A stretch of DNA of 64,000 bases from Octopus vulgaris (taxonomy: Eukaryota): the NCBI GenBank assembly GCA_951406725.2, contig OX597815.1, positions 211,978,001-212,042,000 on the forward strand, read 5' to 3'. Below, one piece after another: positions 13,951 through 28,004 of the stretch (its first letter is position 1; each line of letters opens with the position of its first letter). The notes under the pieces are model-generated. The model did no database searches. It saw nothing but the letters and a program-made list of their open reading frames with translations, and was not told the DNA's origin. The translations under genes and the position numbers were made by a program.

Positions 13951-15216
13951 AGTATATGTATGAGTGCGTGAGTGAGTAAGTGTGTGTGTGTGTGTGTGTT
14001 GAGAGGCACGCGCGTACGTTTACATTAGATAGATACAGGCGATTGGTAAGACGTTCGATACGAAACCAATGGCTCATGAGTTCGATCCTACTGCCTGACA
14101 AACTCACATAAGCTTTTATCCTACTCGTTGCATCGATGCTAGTCTTGTGAAATAATTCTGGAAACGGAAACTGCAGAAGTTCGGTGGGTGGACCATGCCT
14201 GTAATTCTAAAGACCCAGCTTTATCACACAAAGATTGTGTGACAGTGATTCTGACTCAGGATTACGTAAACGGTGGTACAATTATCAGTGAAATACTGAG
14301 CCAGATTCATTGTAATTCAATGAGTTGGGGAGGCATTTCAGTCTCTCAAGTAATAGGAACATTTATCGCTGAAACAAACCGAAATTGAGGTGTTTTGGGA
14401 CACTCGGCGCTTTATGAGAGTCATTTTCACCGCGTCAGATCACAGCCTTCCGCCGATCAAGCAAATCACATACATTGTGTATGTGTGTCCGATAATGTTC
14501 ATCATACTAGCGCTGCTTCTAATTTATAGTTGAATTAATCCCTACATATGCATCGTCGGGGAATACTAGCAGACGGTTTTTATACTATTGTGCATATAGA
14601 GATGGACTGGTGATTCAGTTCGCCTCCTATTCGGTTCAGGTACTTGATGTTGATAAGCCACAAAAATGGTAAAACATCGATGTCCATCGCTCTTGAATGA
14701 GTTTTTGGATGAATTGTCACGCTTGTCTTATGACTTTCAGGTGGTTTAATACCCGGCGCTTTGTGAGAATCATTTCCCCTGCGTCAAATCGCAGCCTACC
14801 GGCGAAGAAACAGGGCGTCTTCATTGGGTATGTGTGTTCGAAAATGTCTACAACACTAGTGCCGCTTCTAATTCATATTTTAATTTAAACCGAAATTTAT
14901 TTACTTATAACTTCAAAAACCATCTCTTTATTCCGCTTGTTTACGCCTTCCGTTCTAAACTTCTCATGCGTAGCCATGGCTGTGCGGTATAAGAAGCTTG
15001 CTTTCCAATCAAGTGATATTCGGTTCAGTCCCGCCGCACCGCACCTTGGGCAAGGGTTTTGGAGTTGGTAGATGTGGTGTGCGTGTTTATCTATGTGTAT
15101 GAATCTTTGTATTTGTAGGAAGCGAAATTAGTATCTTGCGATCGTCAGTACAACATCCGAACCCCGTGGCTTCAGTATACATACATACATACATACATAC
15201 CTACATACATACATAT

Positions 15217-15248
<32 letters not shown>

Positions 15249-15262
15249 GTATGTATATATGA

Positions 15263-15355
<93 letters not shown>

Positions 15356-17065
15356 AGCATACATACACACACCCTCATATTATCCTGACTTGCAATCATC
15401 TTCCATTGGAATTCACTTTTTTTCTCTTCCTCCTCCATCGTTACATCTCTCTCCTGATTTTCTTCATTTTATAGTTTTTATTAAACACCTAAATAAGTTG
15501 ATATCAAATCATTTATTTTAAGAGTAAATTTTGGCATGAATACTTAAATATGTTTAATACAAATAACCTTGGATGCTAAAAAGTTTGAAGCCTATTCTCT
15601 TTGGTTCCTACAAACAGCCATCGACAGTTTTTCAATCCAAACTTTTTTTTAACACAGTATATTACATGCTGTTATACCGTTAAAATTATTTTTTTCTGAT
15701 ATTCTCGAAGATTCAATATTTTAATGATGTAAACATACTTTTATACTAATCATGTACAGAATGATAATCCTCTGTGTTTGATATTTTTAATCTTTTCATA
15801 TAAAGAATACAAACATTTCCTCCGAAGCAGCACCCTGACTTTCTTTCGTGTCGTTTCATTATAGAATTACCATTTCAAAGTCATAGAGACATATGAGTCA
15901 TAGCTACTGAGAACTGCGTAGGCTGAGTCTACCTTTAGCTATATGGTTGCTTCTCGTTCCTATCAAGCTGTTCGTAGCACCTCCGTAAACATAACATCTC
16001 TTCTGCCTCTGATCTGTTCACACTGCTATTTTTATTTCAGTAGTGATTGTCACTCAGAAAAGTACTTTGAAATGTTCATATGAACGTCATGAAGACTGGT
16101 TGAAAAGGAACAACGGTAGAATGGCTAAAACAAACTGCATCGTCAGCACTTTCATTCGTATTTACTCAGTCTTTGATCAGTAACTAAAATTCTTCACTTT
16201 TGAAACTCTTAACTTACGTATGTCTAAATAAATTCTAAAATATAGAATGGTTGAATCCTTTTTCTCTTATCTGCTGCTTGATTCACTAATCGGGTTTCGC
16301 CCAAGCTGGGGCACCGCCTTGAAGGATTTAGTCGAAAAACATCGACCCAAATATTTATAATGCTTTTAAAGTCTGCTACTTATTCCATCGGTTCATTTTT
16401 CAAACACAGCTATGTTACCGACATACAAATAAACCAACACCGATAGTCAATAATAATAATGATATAACATCTGAAATATGACGTCAGTTAATGCTTGAGC
16501 CATAGCTAGGTTTATTTTGTGTATGTGTAATTCATTTTCACTCAAAATGATGTCAACGAAATTGAGTGAATCTAAATGAGTATTACATTCAGATGCAGAT
16601 TTCGTATAACATTGAATGACATATAAATGGCAGTTGAAAAGTATGTTCGATATTATGATAGTCTCCATAAAATATCTTTTAAATTCTTATTGGAAGTCTA
16701 TGAATTGACACAAACACATACGCACACGTAGTTACATTCATAGACACATATAAACTCACATATTCGTTCGACCGCTTTTCCATGCTATCACGAATGGGAC
16801 GAACACATTATGAAAGCATTGTTTTTTAGAATCGGATACCTTTCTCCTCGCTAATTTTTACCTGTTTTTCAAGTAAAGAATATTTATTCAGGTGTCTTCG
16901 AAAACGCAGTGAGGCAGACGATTTGGTAAAAGAAATCATCACCTTACAACAACTTCTGTAGCTCATGGTAGCACAGCTCATGCGAACTCAGCATGCAAAT
17001 ATATGCACAAAAGTGTATATATTCATAGAGACAAAAACACATGCATATATATCAAATATATATAT

Positions 17066-17121
<56 letters not shown>

Positions 17122-17173
17122 TATATATATATTATTTATATTATTTATATATATATATATATATTATATATAT

Positions 17174-17252
<79 letters not shown>

Positions 17253-17445
17253 CATGCAGGCGCGCATGTGTAGGTATGGACATGCGCGCTTACGCGAATA
17301 CTATGAACATTTTTACCCCCTTACTTTTACTCCCGCCCCTCGCTTAGCGGTCATTCAAATAGCTCTTTTCTCTTTATAACGGTCAATCACACTGTAATTT
17401 CCCTTTGTTTAACGGTCATTTTCATAGCACTTTTTCCGATGGCCG

Positions 17446-17506
17446 GATAACTGAAGAGATGGCGGCGTGGATTTCCACCCCGGCATCCGAAACTCGGAGT
17501 TTTATC
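17446..17506 (+). ncRNA. Type I hammerhead ribozyme motif
   Basis: GATAA-CTGAAGA-[GATG..GTGGA TT TCCAC..CATC]C-GAAA-CTC G GAG-TT-TTATC. Stem I is GATAA/TTATC, stem III is palindromic, the cleavage triplet is GUU, and there is a 1-nt irregularity at the base of stem II. Confidence 0.72.
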
Positions 17507-17564
17507 ATGCCTACTGAATAATTGTCACATATTACATTTACAGATGTAGCATATACATATACAT

Positions 17565-17627
<63 letters not shown>

Positions 17628-17817
17628 TATGTATGTATGTATATATATATATTCACTCGGTGGGATTCCGTACACTTTCTGGCTACTAAATCTATTCGGA
17701 TGACCGATAAAGTAAAAGACATTTGCCTAAGATGCACCAATACTGAAACATGTAATAGATGAAATAAAGGAGTATGAAGTTCAAGCCTATGTTCTTTTCT
17801 TCTATCATTATATAGAT

Positions 17818-18235
17818 AGGCGTAGGTGTGGCTGTGTGGTAAGTAGCTTACCACACATTGGTAAGTAGGAAGGTGGCGAGCTGGCAGAAACGTTAGCACG
17901 CCGGGCGAAATGCTTAGCGGCATTTCATCTGCCGTTAGGTTCTGAGTTCAAATTCCACCGAGGTCGATTTCTGCCTTTCATTCTTTCGGGGCCGATTAAA
18001 TAAGTACCAGTTACGCACTGGGGTCGATATAATCGACTTAATCCGTTTGTCTGTCTTTGTTTAGCCCTTGTGGGAAATAAAGAAATAAGTATCTTGCTTA
18101 CCAACCACATGGTTCCGGGTTCAGTTCTACTGCGTGGCACCTTGGGCAAGTGTCTTCTACTAGAGCCTCGGGCCGACCAAAGCCTTGTGAGTGGATTTGG
18201 TAGACAGAAACTGAAAGAAGCCCGTCGTATATTTG

Positions 18236-18293
<58 letters not shown>

Positions 18294-18500
18294 TGTGTCT
18301 GTGTTTCTCCCCCCAACATCGCTTGATAACCAATGCTGGTGTGTTTACGTCCCCGTAACTTAGTTGTTAGACAAAAGAGACCGATAGAATAAGTACTAGG
18401 CTTACATAGAATATGTCCTGTTATCGTTTTGCTCGACTAAAGGCGGTGCTCCAACATGGCCGCAGTCAAATGACTGAAACAAGTAAAAGAGTAAAAGAGA
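17818..18500 (+). mobile_element. SINE family A with a family B SINE (about 17870-18090) nested in its head
   Basis: The family A head stops at GGTAAGTAG and resumes at CTTGCTTACCAACCACATGG after a complete family B copy. Confidence 0.85.
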
Positions 18501-18557
18501 ATAGATAGATAGATAGATACATACATACATACATACATACATACATACATACATACA

Positions 18558-18588
<31 letters not shown>

Positions 18589-20639
18589 TCGTTCGTCCGC
18601 TTTTCAATGTTATCATTTCAAAAATATCGATTGTGCTTCTCAATTAAAAATTTAAATATTCATTAGTCAATTAGGCTCGACTACACTTTTCCTGAGACGA
18701 GTGTTATTGATTGAATCGATCCAGTACTTAGCTGGAGACATTTTCCAACCGACCTCGAAAGGATGAAATGTAAAAATTATAGAGATGAGATTTATACTCA
18801 GTGCGTGAACGAAAGTACTTGAGTCCTGAAAAGATTTTTGCCTAGCGCTCTATCACAATTTCTCTTGCTAAATAATTGCTAAATAATTAAACAAATAATG
18901 TCAAGGCATGGAATACACCAAATAAACCAAAATCGCCATTGTTATCGTAAGAAGCCTTAAACAGCTGTGTCCCAGGAACACTGTTTTCCATCATTATTTT
19001 CATAATTGTGTTGTCCCTCTCCCTCTGAAATAATGCAGCACATTTTATGCTAGTACGCCGGTGAACTACCTTTGAATATACTATAAACTAGCGAATATAA
19101 ACTAGTTTCATTTCACAGCAAATTTTTCGGTACGTTTTCATAAATACAACTACGTACTACATAGTATTTTCCTGTTTTACGTTCGTCAGATGTTATGGTA
19201 AGACTCTTAATTATGTCTATTGTATTCTATTGAGATATATTAGGAATAAAAATTAAGATATAAAGCATGTAACTACCTGAACAGATACGATATTAACCAC
19301 CCGTTCAGAGACACCTAGATTCCGATAACGTAGTCAGCCTATCTGTTTCAGAGAGTTACAGGTCAGAGTTATAAACACTAGAGGCATTCTATAAGTGAAT
19401 GATATTTCAATAGTCTGGAATAGTGAGCTCAGATCTTTCCATGGGCTAAATAACTTTCCTGGCTTCACTTAGCAAGATATATAATGATGTCAATAATGAA
19501 TACTTTTACATCTGGCTTGTGATCATTGAGGGTGCATGTATGGCCGTGTGGCTAAGAAGGTAATTCCACAATTACTTGGTTCCATGTTCGATCCTTCTGT
19601 GCGGCGCTGAGATCAACAGATTTTCGTCATAGCTTCAGGTTGACTAAAGCCTTCTAGGAGAAATATGGTAGGTGGAAACTGTGGAGAAGCCTCGCGGGTG
19701 AGAGACCGTTTCGGAAGTGATAGGCTTAGTTTATCGCCCGATAAAGCACTCACACCTTCTGGACCTTGGGTGTCTTTTAACAGATATCAGTCTCTTGCAA
19801 GCTTCTGGGTCTGTTCAACCGCCTGAGGATGACTTCATCCTTTCCTATCACCAAATCATGGCGATTCTTAAAAGGTTCTTGGGCACTACAGTTCCTTCTC
19901 TGAATATGTCCGTAGAAAAAAGCGATCAAATGATAGGCTACAACGAAAAAAAAAAAAGCAAAACTTGCCAACGCTTTTGTGAAATTATATGAGGCTGATT
20001 AAATTTGACATTAAAAGCGACAAATCTTCCATCATTAAGACCAACAATACGACACCATTTCCATTTCCAATATTGCAATTTCAGTAATTTGCTGACTTGG
20101 TTTTATCGAATGTTAATCACTTCCGGGAAGTGTTAATCAACTCAGCATGTCTGGTTTCTGGATTAATGAATGAAACAAAAATAAAAGCCGCGATAAACCA
20201 ACAAGTTAGAAATATAATATCCAGCATAGTGGAAGCTGTCTTGCATTAAATGGTGACTTTTTGCTGAAGTTTAGTAATATCTCCTTACGTAATGGCAGAA
20301 ACTTAAGTTGACATCTTTGAAATGTTACAGTTTAGTCTACATATCTACACTTGTCTGTATATGTGTGTGTATAAGAATATGATTATATGATTATATCTAC
20401 ACTTGCCTATGCATATGTGTGTGTGATTATAATTATATGCATATAATTTTCTTTATAGACGTGTGTATGTACATGTATAAGCAGGGATTTTTGCTTTTGA
20501 ATAACTATGTGTATGGACGTATATATGCACATATGTAAAAATATATACAAATATGTGTATATATGCGTGCGTGTGCATATCCATTTACATAAATATATGT
20601 ACACATGCGTACGTATGCTTACATGCATTTATATGTATA

Positions 20640-20693
<54 letters not shown>

Positions 20694-20696
20694 TAA

Positions 20697-20779
<83 letters not shown>

Positions 20780-20818
20780 TATATTGTATTTATATGTGTG
20801 TGTTTTGTGTGTGTGTAA

Positions 20819-20863
<45 letters not shown>

Positions 20864-21181
20864 TAAACGCATACATAGTATAAATACATATATGCTTACA
20901 TACATGAGTATTTCACTTTGCAGTTCAGAATATATATTTGCACAGACATGGACATTTGACAACATAATTGCTAAACCACACACACACACACACATCAAAC
21001 ACCTACTCACAAATATTTTAGTGTTCATGTGTTTATTTATTCAAATAACTTGAATTATAATAATAGCTGCTACGCATACTCACGCATTATAGATGTACAC
21101 AAATTTAATTCGAGCACTCGCCCAAACTGGTTTAAAAGCACAGATATGAATACATGCATATTATATGATTATATATGCGTG

Positions 21182-21216
<35 letters not shown>

Positions 21217-21239
21217 AATAGTGTACATTTAAACATAAA

Positions 21240-21380
21240 ACCAGGAGAGGAAGGAGGACAACTTGCTGGAGGATACTAGTATGGGAGGGGTACAAGACCT
21301 GAGAACCATTATGGAAGATCGAGATGAGTAGGGAAAACGTGTAGAAACAGTCTTGGGGCGCCCTGAGGGACGACTTAGAA
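21240..21380 (+). mobile_element. Probable RTE-type LINE 3' end fragment
   Basis: Translates DNLLEDTSMGGVQDLRTIMEDRDE*GKRV, resembling the RTE ORF C-terminal M.DR..W motif, and is followed by a tetranucleotide tail. Confidence 0.45.
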
Positions 21381-21430
21381 AGAAAGATAGACAGACGGAC
21401 AGACAGACAAACAGATAGACGGGTAGGTAC

Positions 21431-21538
<108 letters not shown>

Positions 21539-21689
21539 GTAAGTTAACACTTTACAATAGTTTTGATGGTTATGTTCCACCAGTTTCTTTTATGTTAGTG
21601 TTTGGTTATATATCAGATAACAATTTTTTTATGTCTCCTTTTATCAAGAACAGCTTGATGCATTGGAGAGCATAAAGATTAAAGTAGTT

Positions 21690-22525
21690 GTTGAGAAAAA
21701 GGTAGATGATATGGAGGACTGGAAGTCATCTGAATATTGGAAAAGGGTTACTTGTATTATGAGGATTCGTGGCGGGCATCAAAATGCCGACATCATGACT
21801 GCTGTTCAACGCTCTGTGAACACTGTAAAGACGGTAAAACGTGACATGGGCATCATATGAAAACCAAGTTACCTCAGACTGTGACGGCCTTTGGGCGTGT
21901 CTCCAGTGAGAGTAGGTCATGCTGGCCGACATCTTTGAACAGGGCATTTCATTCCATTCAGGAGAAGCTATATGAATCTGATAGAAACTGGTCAACCCTG
22001 GCTGGAGACGGTTTCAGCCGGAAGTTCATATGTGTGGGAGCAGGATCCGGTTACTTGCCATACCTCCGAAAAGAGTCAGTCGTGGTTGTCGGAGAATTTC
22101 TATGACTTTACCGGCTACAATTTCTACCTTCCTAATTCCTTTGATTGTAATCCTATTGATTACAATGTATGAGGCACAGCTGAGAAAGACACCAACCGCT
22201 TTGCATGCAACACCAAGGCCGAGTTAGTGGCCAGGATCAAGGAAGCACAAGGCGACGAGCTGGCAGAATCGTTAGAACGCCGGGCGAAATGCTTAGCGGT
22301 ATTTCGTTTGCTGTTATGTTCTGAGTTCAAATTCCACCGAGGTCGACTTTGCCTTTCATACTTTCGTGGTCGATAAATTAAGTACCAATTACGCTCTGGG
22401 GTCGATGTAATCGACTTAATCCCTTTGTCTGTCCTTGTTTGTCCCCTCTATGTTTAGCCCCTTGTGGGCAATAAAGAAATAAGGATCAAGGAAGCGTTCG
22501 AAGATTTTCCTAAGTACACAGTGAA
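21690..22525 (+). pseudogene. maT (DD37D) transposase relic
   Basis: YVWEQD-PVTCHTSEKSQSWLSENFYDFTGYNFYLPNSFDCNPI-D has 37 residues between the last two Asp. It is frameshifted, internally deleted and interrupted by a SINE. Confidence 0.85.
22247..22481 (+). mobile_element. Full-length SINE family B with 14-bp TSD
   Basis: TSD AGGATCAAGGAAGC at 22233-22246 and 22482-22495. B box GAGTTCAAATTCC. Central CTTTGCCTTTCAT..TTTCG.GGTCGATAAA..AGTACCA domain, Meta-domain-like from recollection. Confidence 0.92.
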
Positions 22526-23667
22526 GTTATTTTATATATAAGAATATATTGCTAACTTTACCTTTTAAAATAATTTTGGCGGGTTATAGTTCAAGACAGT
22601 TTGCGTTGGCCTAACGAAGGAGTTTGGTTTCAATCAAAATTCAATCACTTTGCGAGGGTTAACATTGCTTATTCATATTCAGCCAGAATATTAAGAACAA
22701 GTAATTTTATACGATTAGCTATTATTCTCTCTGTTGCAAGTTTGACCTTGAGGCAAAATCATGTTGAATTGGTCTATGTTATTGTTGAGCAGTAATGTTG
22801 TTGAAACAATTATCCGTATATGTACTTACGTCAGTTATTATTTGTATGTGATTACATTATGCAGTAAAAGTTATAAGTTGTTACTAGCAACCAAGCGAAA
22901 AGGAATTCGGGCACGTTTATGCATAATTGAGAGGTGGGAAATAAATAAATGACTGGGTGTAGTTAAAGTTAAATTGATTCAAACACACAACAAAATTAAT
23001 AAGAAAACGAATATAACACATATAAATATATATAAATAGAAAATTATAAGCTCATTAAAATACATGTTAGCAATTTTCATCAAGATTCTTATATAAATTG
23101 CAAATTATGCAAACCACCTTTACTTACATGAAAAATTATATTTAATCGTTGGTGCTCCCGGGACGGAAGTGCAAGTTTTTTAATCGGTTTCAGCGAGATA
23201 AAATGAAGTTAAAATAGTTTGAAAATGTTGAGAAGGAATTCAGGGGCTTACTGCAATTTAAGAACTCATGGGGGCAGAGAAAACATATGTATAATTAAAT
23301 TCTTGGACTAAGATGGTCTATGTAAGGCTTAGCGCAGGTCTTACTGCAAAAGATCGGCGCGGTGATGGAGTGTAGCCAATAAAGTCTGAGAAATAATACC
23401 TGTTTTCCTTGTACAGACTGCGCACAACATAACGATGCACCAATGTTTGAAGAATATCTACAAGGTAGGGTACCTATTAAATGCTTATATACATATGTGT
23501 GTGCATATAGATATATGCATTCGTACTTTCATACAGACGTACATTTGATATCTATACATATACACCTAAATATAAGTAAATTCCTAATAAAATATTTCAT
23601 TACTTTGCGATAATATGTAAAAATATTTCAATAACGATAAATTTTGATAGCAGACGCAAATATAATT

Positions 23668-23972
23668 AGTATTCCATCGGTTTCGCCGACAAGGGTTCCA
23701 GTTGATCCGATCAACGGAACAGCCTGCTCGTGAAGTGGCTGAGCACACCACAGATACGCGCACCCTCAACTTAGTTCATAGGGAGATTCAACGTGACACA
23801 GAATGTGACAAGGCCGGTCCCTTGAAATACAGGTACTACCCATTCTTGCCAGCTGAGTGGGCAGGAGCAAAGTAAAGTATCTTGCTCAAGGATACAACGC
23901 GCCGCTGGGAATCTAAATCTCGACCTTACAGTTGTGAGCCGAACACCCCCAATCACTAACCCACATGCCTTC
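23668..23972 (-). mobile_element. SINE family C (tail type 3)
   Basis: Decayed tRNA head plus GTTGTATCCTTGAGCAAGATACTT. The tail is shared with 63600-63920. Confidence 0.75.
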
Positions 23973-24061
23973 ACTAGACGCAAGCATAGCTGTGTAGTTA
24001 ATAAGTTTTTTTCGCAACGGCAGTGTTCTGAGTTCAGTTCCACCGCACAGCACCCCGGAAA

Positions 24062-24315
24062 AGTAACTTCTTTTCTAGACTCAAACCACTAAGAGACCTG
24101 CACGGTGGGGTTGTAGGCGTTTTCAAAACAAAACTGGATCTCTTTCTACCAAAAGTTCCGAATGAACCTACCTCAAGGCAAAAAACACAGACAAGAGTAG
24201 CAACGCCAAACTCCCTCATTCACCAAATGCTACACATCAAGGGAGGGTCAGTGAAAATGTAGCAAATCAAACGGCAGTGCTCCATCATGGCCGCAGCCTT
24301 AGGACTGAAACTAAA
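24062..24315 (+). mobile_element. CR1-like LINE 3' end (ORF2 C-terminus plus 3'UTR)
   Basis: Translates PLRDLHGGVVGVFKTKLDLFLPKVPNEPTSRQKTQTRVATPNSLIHQM, with the FK..LD.FL..VPDEP...NSL pattern of CR1-clade ORF2 ends. Confidence 0.72.
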
Positions 24316-24466
24316 CAGAAAAACAGAGACGGAAAAATACATATAAAAAAATCTAGCGAAATCAAAATAGCCGACATAGAAAATGGCCAAAAGCTTCAAG
24401 GTAAACAATACAGCTGAAATGATTCTATCGTGAGCATCAAAAGTGTACCATAATCACTTAACCTTA

Positions 24467-24887
24467 AAGGCGGCGAGCTGGCAGAACCGTTAGCACACTG
24501 GACGAAATGCCTAGCGGTATTTCGTATGCTGCTACGTTCTGAGTTCAAATTCCGCTGAGGTCGACTTTACCTTCCATCCTTTCGAGGTCGATTAAATAAG
24601 TACCAGCTACGCACTGGGGTCGATATAATCGCCTTAATCCGTTTGTCTGTCCTTGTTTGTCATCTCTGTGTTTAGCCCCTTGAGGGTAGTAAAGAAATAG
24701 GTATTTCGTCTGCCGTTACGATCTGGGTTCAAATTCCGCCGAGGTCGACTTCGCCTTTCATCCCTTCGGGGTCGATAAATTAAGTACCAGTTACGCACTG
24801 TGGTCGTTGTAATCGACTTAATCCCTTTGTTTGTCCTTGTTTGTCCCCTCTATGTTTAGCTCCTTGTGGGCAATAAAGAAATAAGAA
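24467..24887 (+). mobile_element. Partially dimeric SINE family B with 17-bp TSD
   Basis: TSD ATAATCACTTAACCTTA at 24450-24466 and 24888-24904 encloses one full unit plus a 5'-truncated second unit. Confidence 0.9.
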
Positions 24888-25423
24888 ATAATCACTTAAC
24901 CTTATGTTAAGCTGAGGCGTATCTAAAAACCAGGGTTTCTAAAAAGTTTTTAATCGATTTTCTCGGTAACTAGGCGGGTGATGGTGGCTAGGAAAAAAAT
25001 ACTAACGGCAGCACAATCTATGGACCCGACCCCACCTGTGTGCCATTTTTCACGCGAATCCACCCAGCTGTTTGGCTGTGAATCTCAACACAAGAAAGAA
25101 AGAATACAAGACTACAACGATCGCCCATGTTCAATTTATATAATAGATATATGTATGTGTGTGTGTTCGTATGTTTGTGTATCTGTGTTTGTCCCCTAAA
25201 CATTGCTTGACAACCGATGCTGGTGTCTTTACGTCCCCGTTATGTAGCGGTTCGGCAAAAGGGTCGATAGAATAAGAACTAGGTTTACAACGAATAGGTC
25301 CTGGGGTCGGTTTGTTCGACTAAAGGCGGTGGTCCAGCATGGCCGCAGTCAAATCACTGAAACAAATAAGAGAATAAGCGAATAAAAGAAATAAATATAT
25401 ATACGTATGTACGTATATATACG

Positions 25424-25496
<73 letters not shown>

Positions 25497-25498
<2 letters not shown>

Positions 25499-25723
25499 GG
25501 AGTAAACACATAAATGTGAAACAGGGTGGAAAAAAGAGTACTCAAATACCAGAGGTAGAGTAATATGCTTTATTTAAAGCAGCAGAAAATTCAACAAAAC
25601 CTGTTACTCTGAGTTTCCCGTTGCCGTTCGTCGGACAGTTTTTGCTAGAAACTGTCCGACGAACGGAAACGGGAAACTTAGAGTAACAGGTTTTGTTGAA
25701 TTTTCTGCTGCTTTTAAATAAAG
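25497..25723. mobile_element. Fold-back element with minimal hammerhead motifs (CCGACGA core)
   Basis: Arms of about 75 bp are inverted around 25645. Plus strand 25652-25689 reads CTGT-CCGACGA-ACGGAAACGG-GAAA-CTTAGAG-TA-ACAG. A second copy lies at 61338-61497. Confidence 0.7.
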
Positions 25724-25784
<61 letters not shown>

Positions 25785-26162
25785 GTGTGCGTATACGTAT
25801 GTATGTATATACACGTATATAAATATAAATATATATATACATATATATACATGTACATAAAAATGTATGTATGCATATATATATATATACGCAAGTATTT
25901 TTATATGAATGCTTTTGCATTTGTTTATGCACACACGCATATACACATGAATGAAGAAAAGGTTAAGGGTACTTTAATTGTGACGCTAAGGCGACTGACT
26001 TCAACAGTCTGGGGAAGGCAGTCATTGGGGACACTTGCAAGTGCCTTGAACTTTTCGTTTTAAACATCTAATTAACACTTCAATTATACCTTTTAATTAT
26101 GTTCTATGCATGATTTTAAATGAAAAAGCAGATAATTATACATAAATATTTAATAAATTTAT

Positions 26163-26250
<88 letters not shown>

Positions 26251-26255
<5 letters not shown>

Positions 26256-26439
26256 TTTATTTTATAGAAGGAGCTTCTACAGGACTAGAACTGTTTCATT
26301 CAAATGAAATCATCTGATGATTTCATTGAATGAAACAGTTCTAGTCCTGTAGAAGCTCCTTCTATAAAATAAATTAATTTACTCTGCCATGTATTGAGTA
26401 CCTTATTTACTGTGGTTAACCCCGACTCAACCCGGGACC

Positions 26440-26442
<3 letters not shown>
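26251..26442. mobile_element. Near-perfect 128-bp palindrome centred on a hammerhead-like core, inserted in (TA)n
   Basis: 26251-26314 is inverted at 26316-26378. CTGATGA at 26314-20, GAAA at 26332-35, stem III ACAG/CTGT then A. The 5' strand of stem I is absent. Confidence 0.65.
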
Positions 26443-26523
<81 letters not shown>

Positions 26524-26525
<2 letters not shown>

Positions 26526-26913
26526 CGCAGGAGTGGCTGTGTGGTAAGTAGCTTGCTTACCAACCACATGGTTCCGGGTTCAGTCCCACTGCGTGGCATC
26601 TTGGGCAAGTGTCTTCTGCTATAGCCCCGGGCCGACCAATGCCTTGTGAGTGGATTTGGTAGACAGAAACTGAAAGAAGCCCGTCGTATATATGTATATA
26701 TATATCTATGTGTATGTGTGTGTTTGTGTTTGTCCCCCTAGCATTGCTTGACAACCGATGCTGGTGTGTTTACGTCCCCGTAACTTAGCGGTTCGGCAAA
26801 AGAGACCGATAGAATAAGTACTGGGCTTACAAAGAATAAGTCTCGGGATCGAGTTGCTCAATTAAAGGCGGTGCTCCAGCATGGCCACAGTCAAATGACT
26901 GAAACAAGTAAAA
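26524..26913 (+). mobile_element. Full-length tRNA-derived SINE family A
   Basis: A box TGGCTGTGTGG, B-box-like GGGTTCAGTCCC, CORE-like CTTGGGCAAGTGTCTT, internal microsatellite and LINE-like tail. More than ten copies or fragments occur in the window. Confidence 0.92.
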
Positions 26914-26945
26914 ACAAAAACATTTAATAAATTTATGTATATATA

Positions 26946-27167
26946 CGAGGGGGGTTTTGATAAGTTCCTGGAATTAAGGATGTTGCGAAAGGCCTAGTTG
27001 GAGGTCCGACCTTCCGAGTTCTTTTACAGGGCTTAGAAAATACTGCATGAGGACTGCTACAATGAGGGTGTGAATCTGAGAGGTGAATATGTTGGATAAA
27101 ATCATTATTAACGGACCCTCCTGTTTTTTCTTTTACCCAAAGCAAGGAACTCTTTAGCACACCCTCG
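26946..27167. mobile_element. Mariner-type MITE
   Basis: Imperfect TIRs CGAGGGGGG..TGATAAGTTCCT / AGGAACTCTTTAGCACACCCTCG inserted in a TA-rich tract. Confidence 0.7.
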
Positions 27168-28004
27168 TGTGTATATATATATATATATACATACATACAT
27201 ACATACATACATACATACATACATACATACATACATACATAATCAAGGATAAAATCTATATATGTTTTTATGACATAGCTAGCATGTAAAACCTTTTCGG
27301 TTCAAATTGATACAGGGTGTATAATTTTTTTATAATAATTAGCTCTACCATGTAGTTGCCCCTATTATAATTCTCTCTATATATATATATGTGTGTGTGT
27401 GTGTATGTATATATATGTATATATGTATATATGTATATATACTTATACATACATACATGCATACGTACATACATACTTGCATACATACATACATACATAC
27501 ATATATGTATACATTCATACATGCATGCATAGATATACACACACATGCTTATTTATTCAATTCTGTTTATACTCGTCTGTTTCAAATCAATTCCAAGTTC
27601 ATCCACAAATTTATTTATTTTTCTATCGCAAAATCTCTGTAAACGATTATATAAAAACTCCAAGACTAACACCCCATGAAGCGTCGTAAAACAAATACTT
27701 GGAGGAAGTAACATATATATTTTATAACATATATATTTTTAATATATAGCACAAATATATAATGTGCTATATGGACTTTTGTTTTAGGGGATTTTCGGGT
27801 TTTGTTTTGTTTTGTTTTGATTTTTCGTATATATATATATATATATATACATATATAAGTTCAGAAAAAATTTAGATTCAGATGAATATGGTACTTAAGT
27901 TAAAGGCAGCAGAATTTGGTATGGTATTATCCATATAAATCAAATGGGGTGATTATAATTGTTGCTTATTTTGATAGTATATATATATATATATATATAT
28001 ATGC

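Noticed and set aside
16030-16140. Possible host exon after TTTTTATTTCAG
   Set aside because: No recognisable peptide or convincing donor site; it cannot be supported without RNA data.
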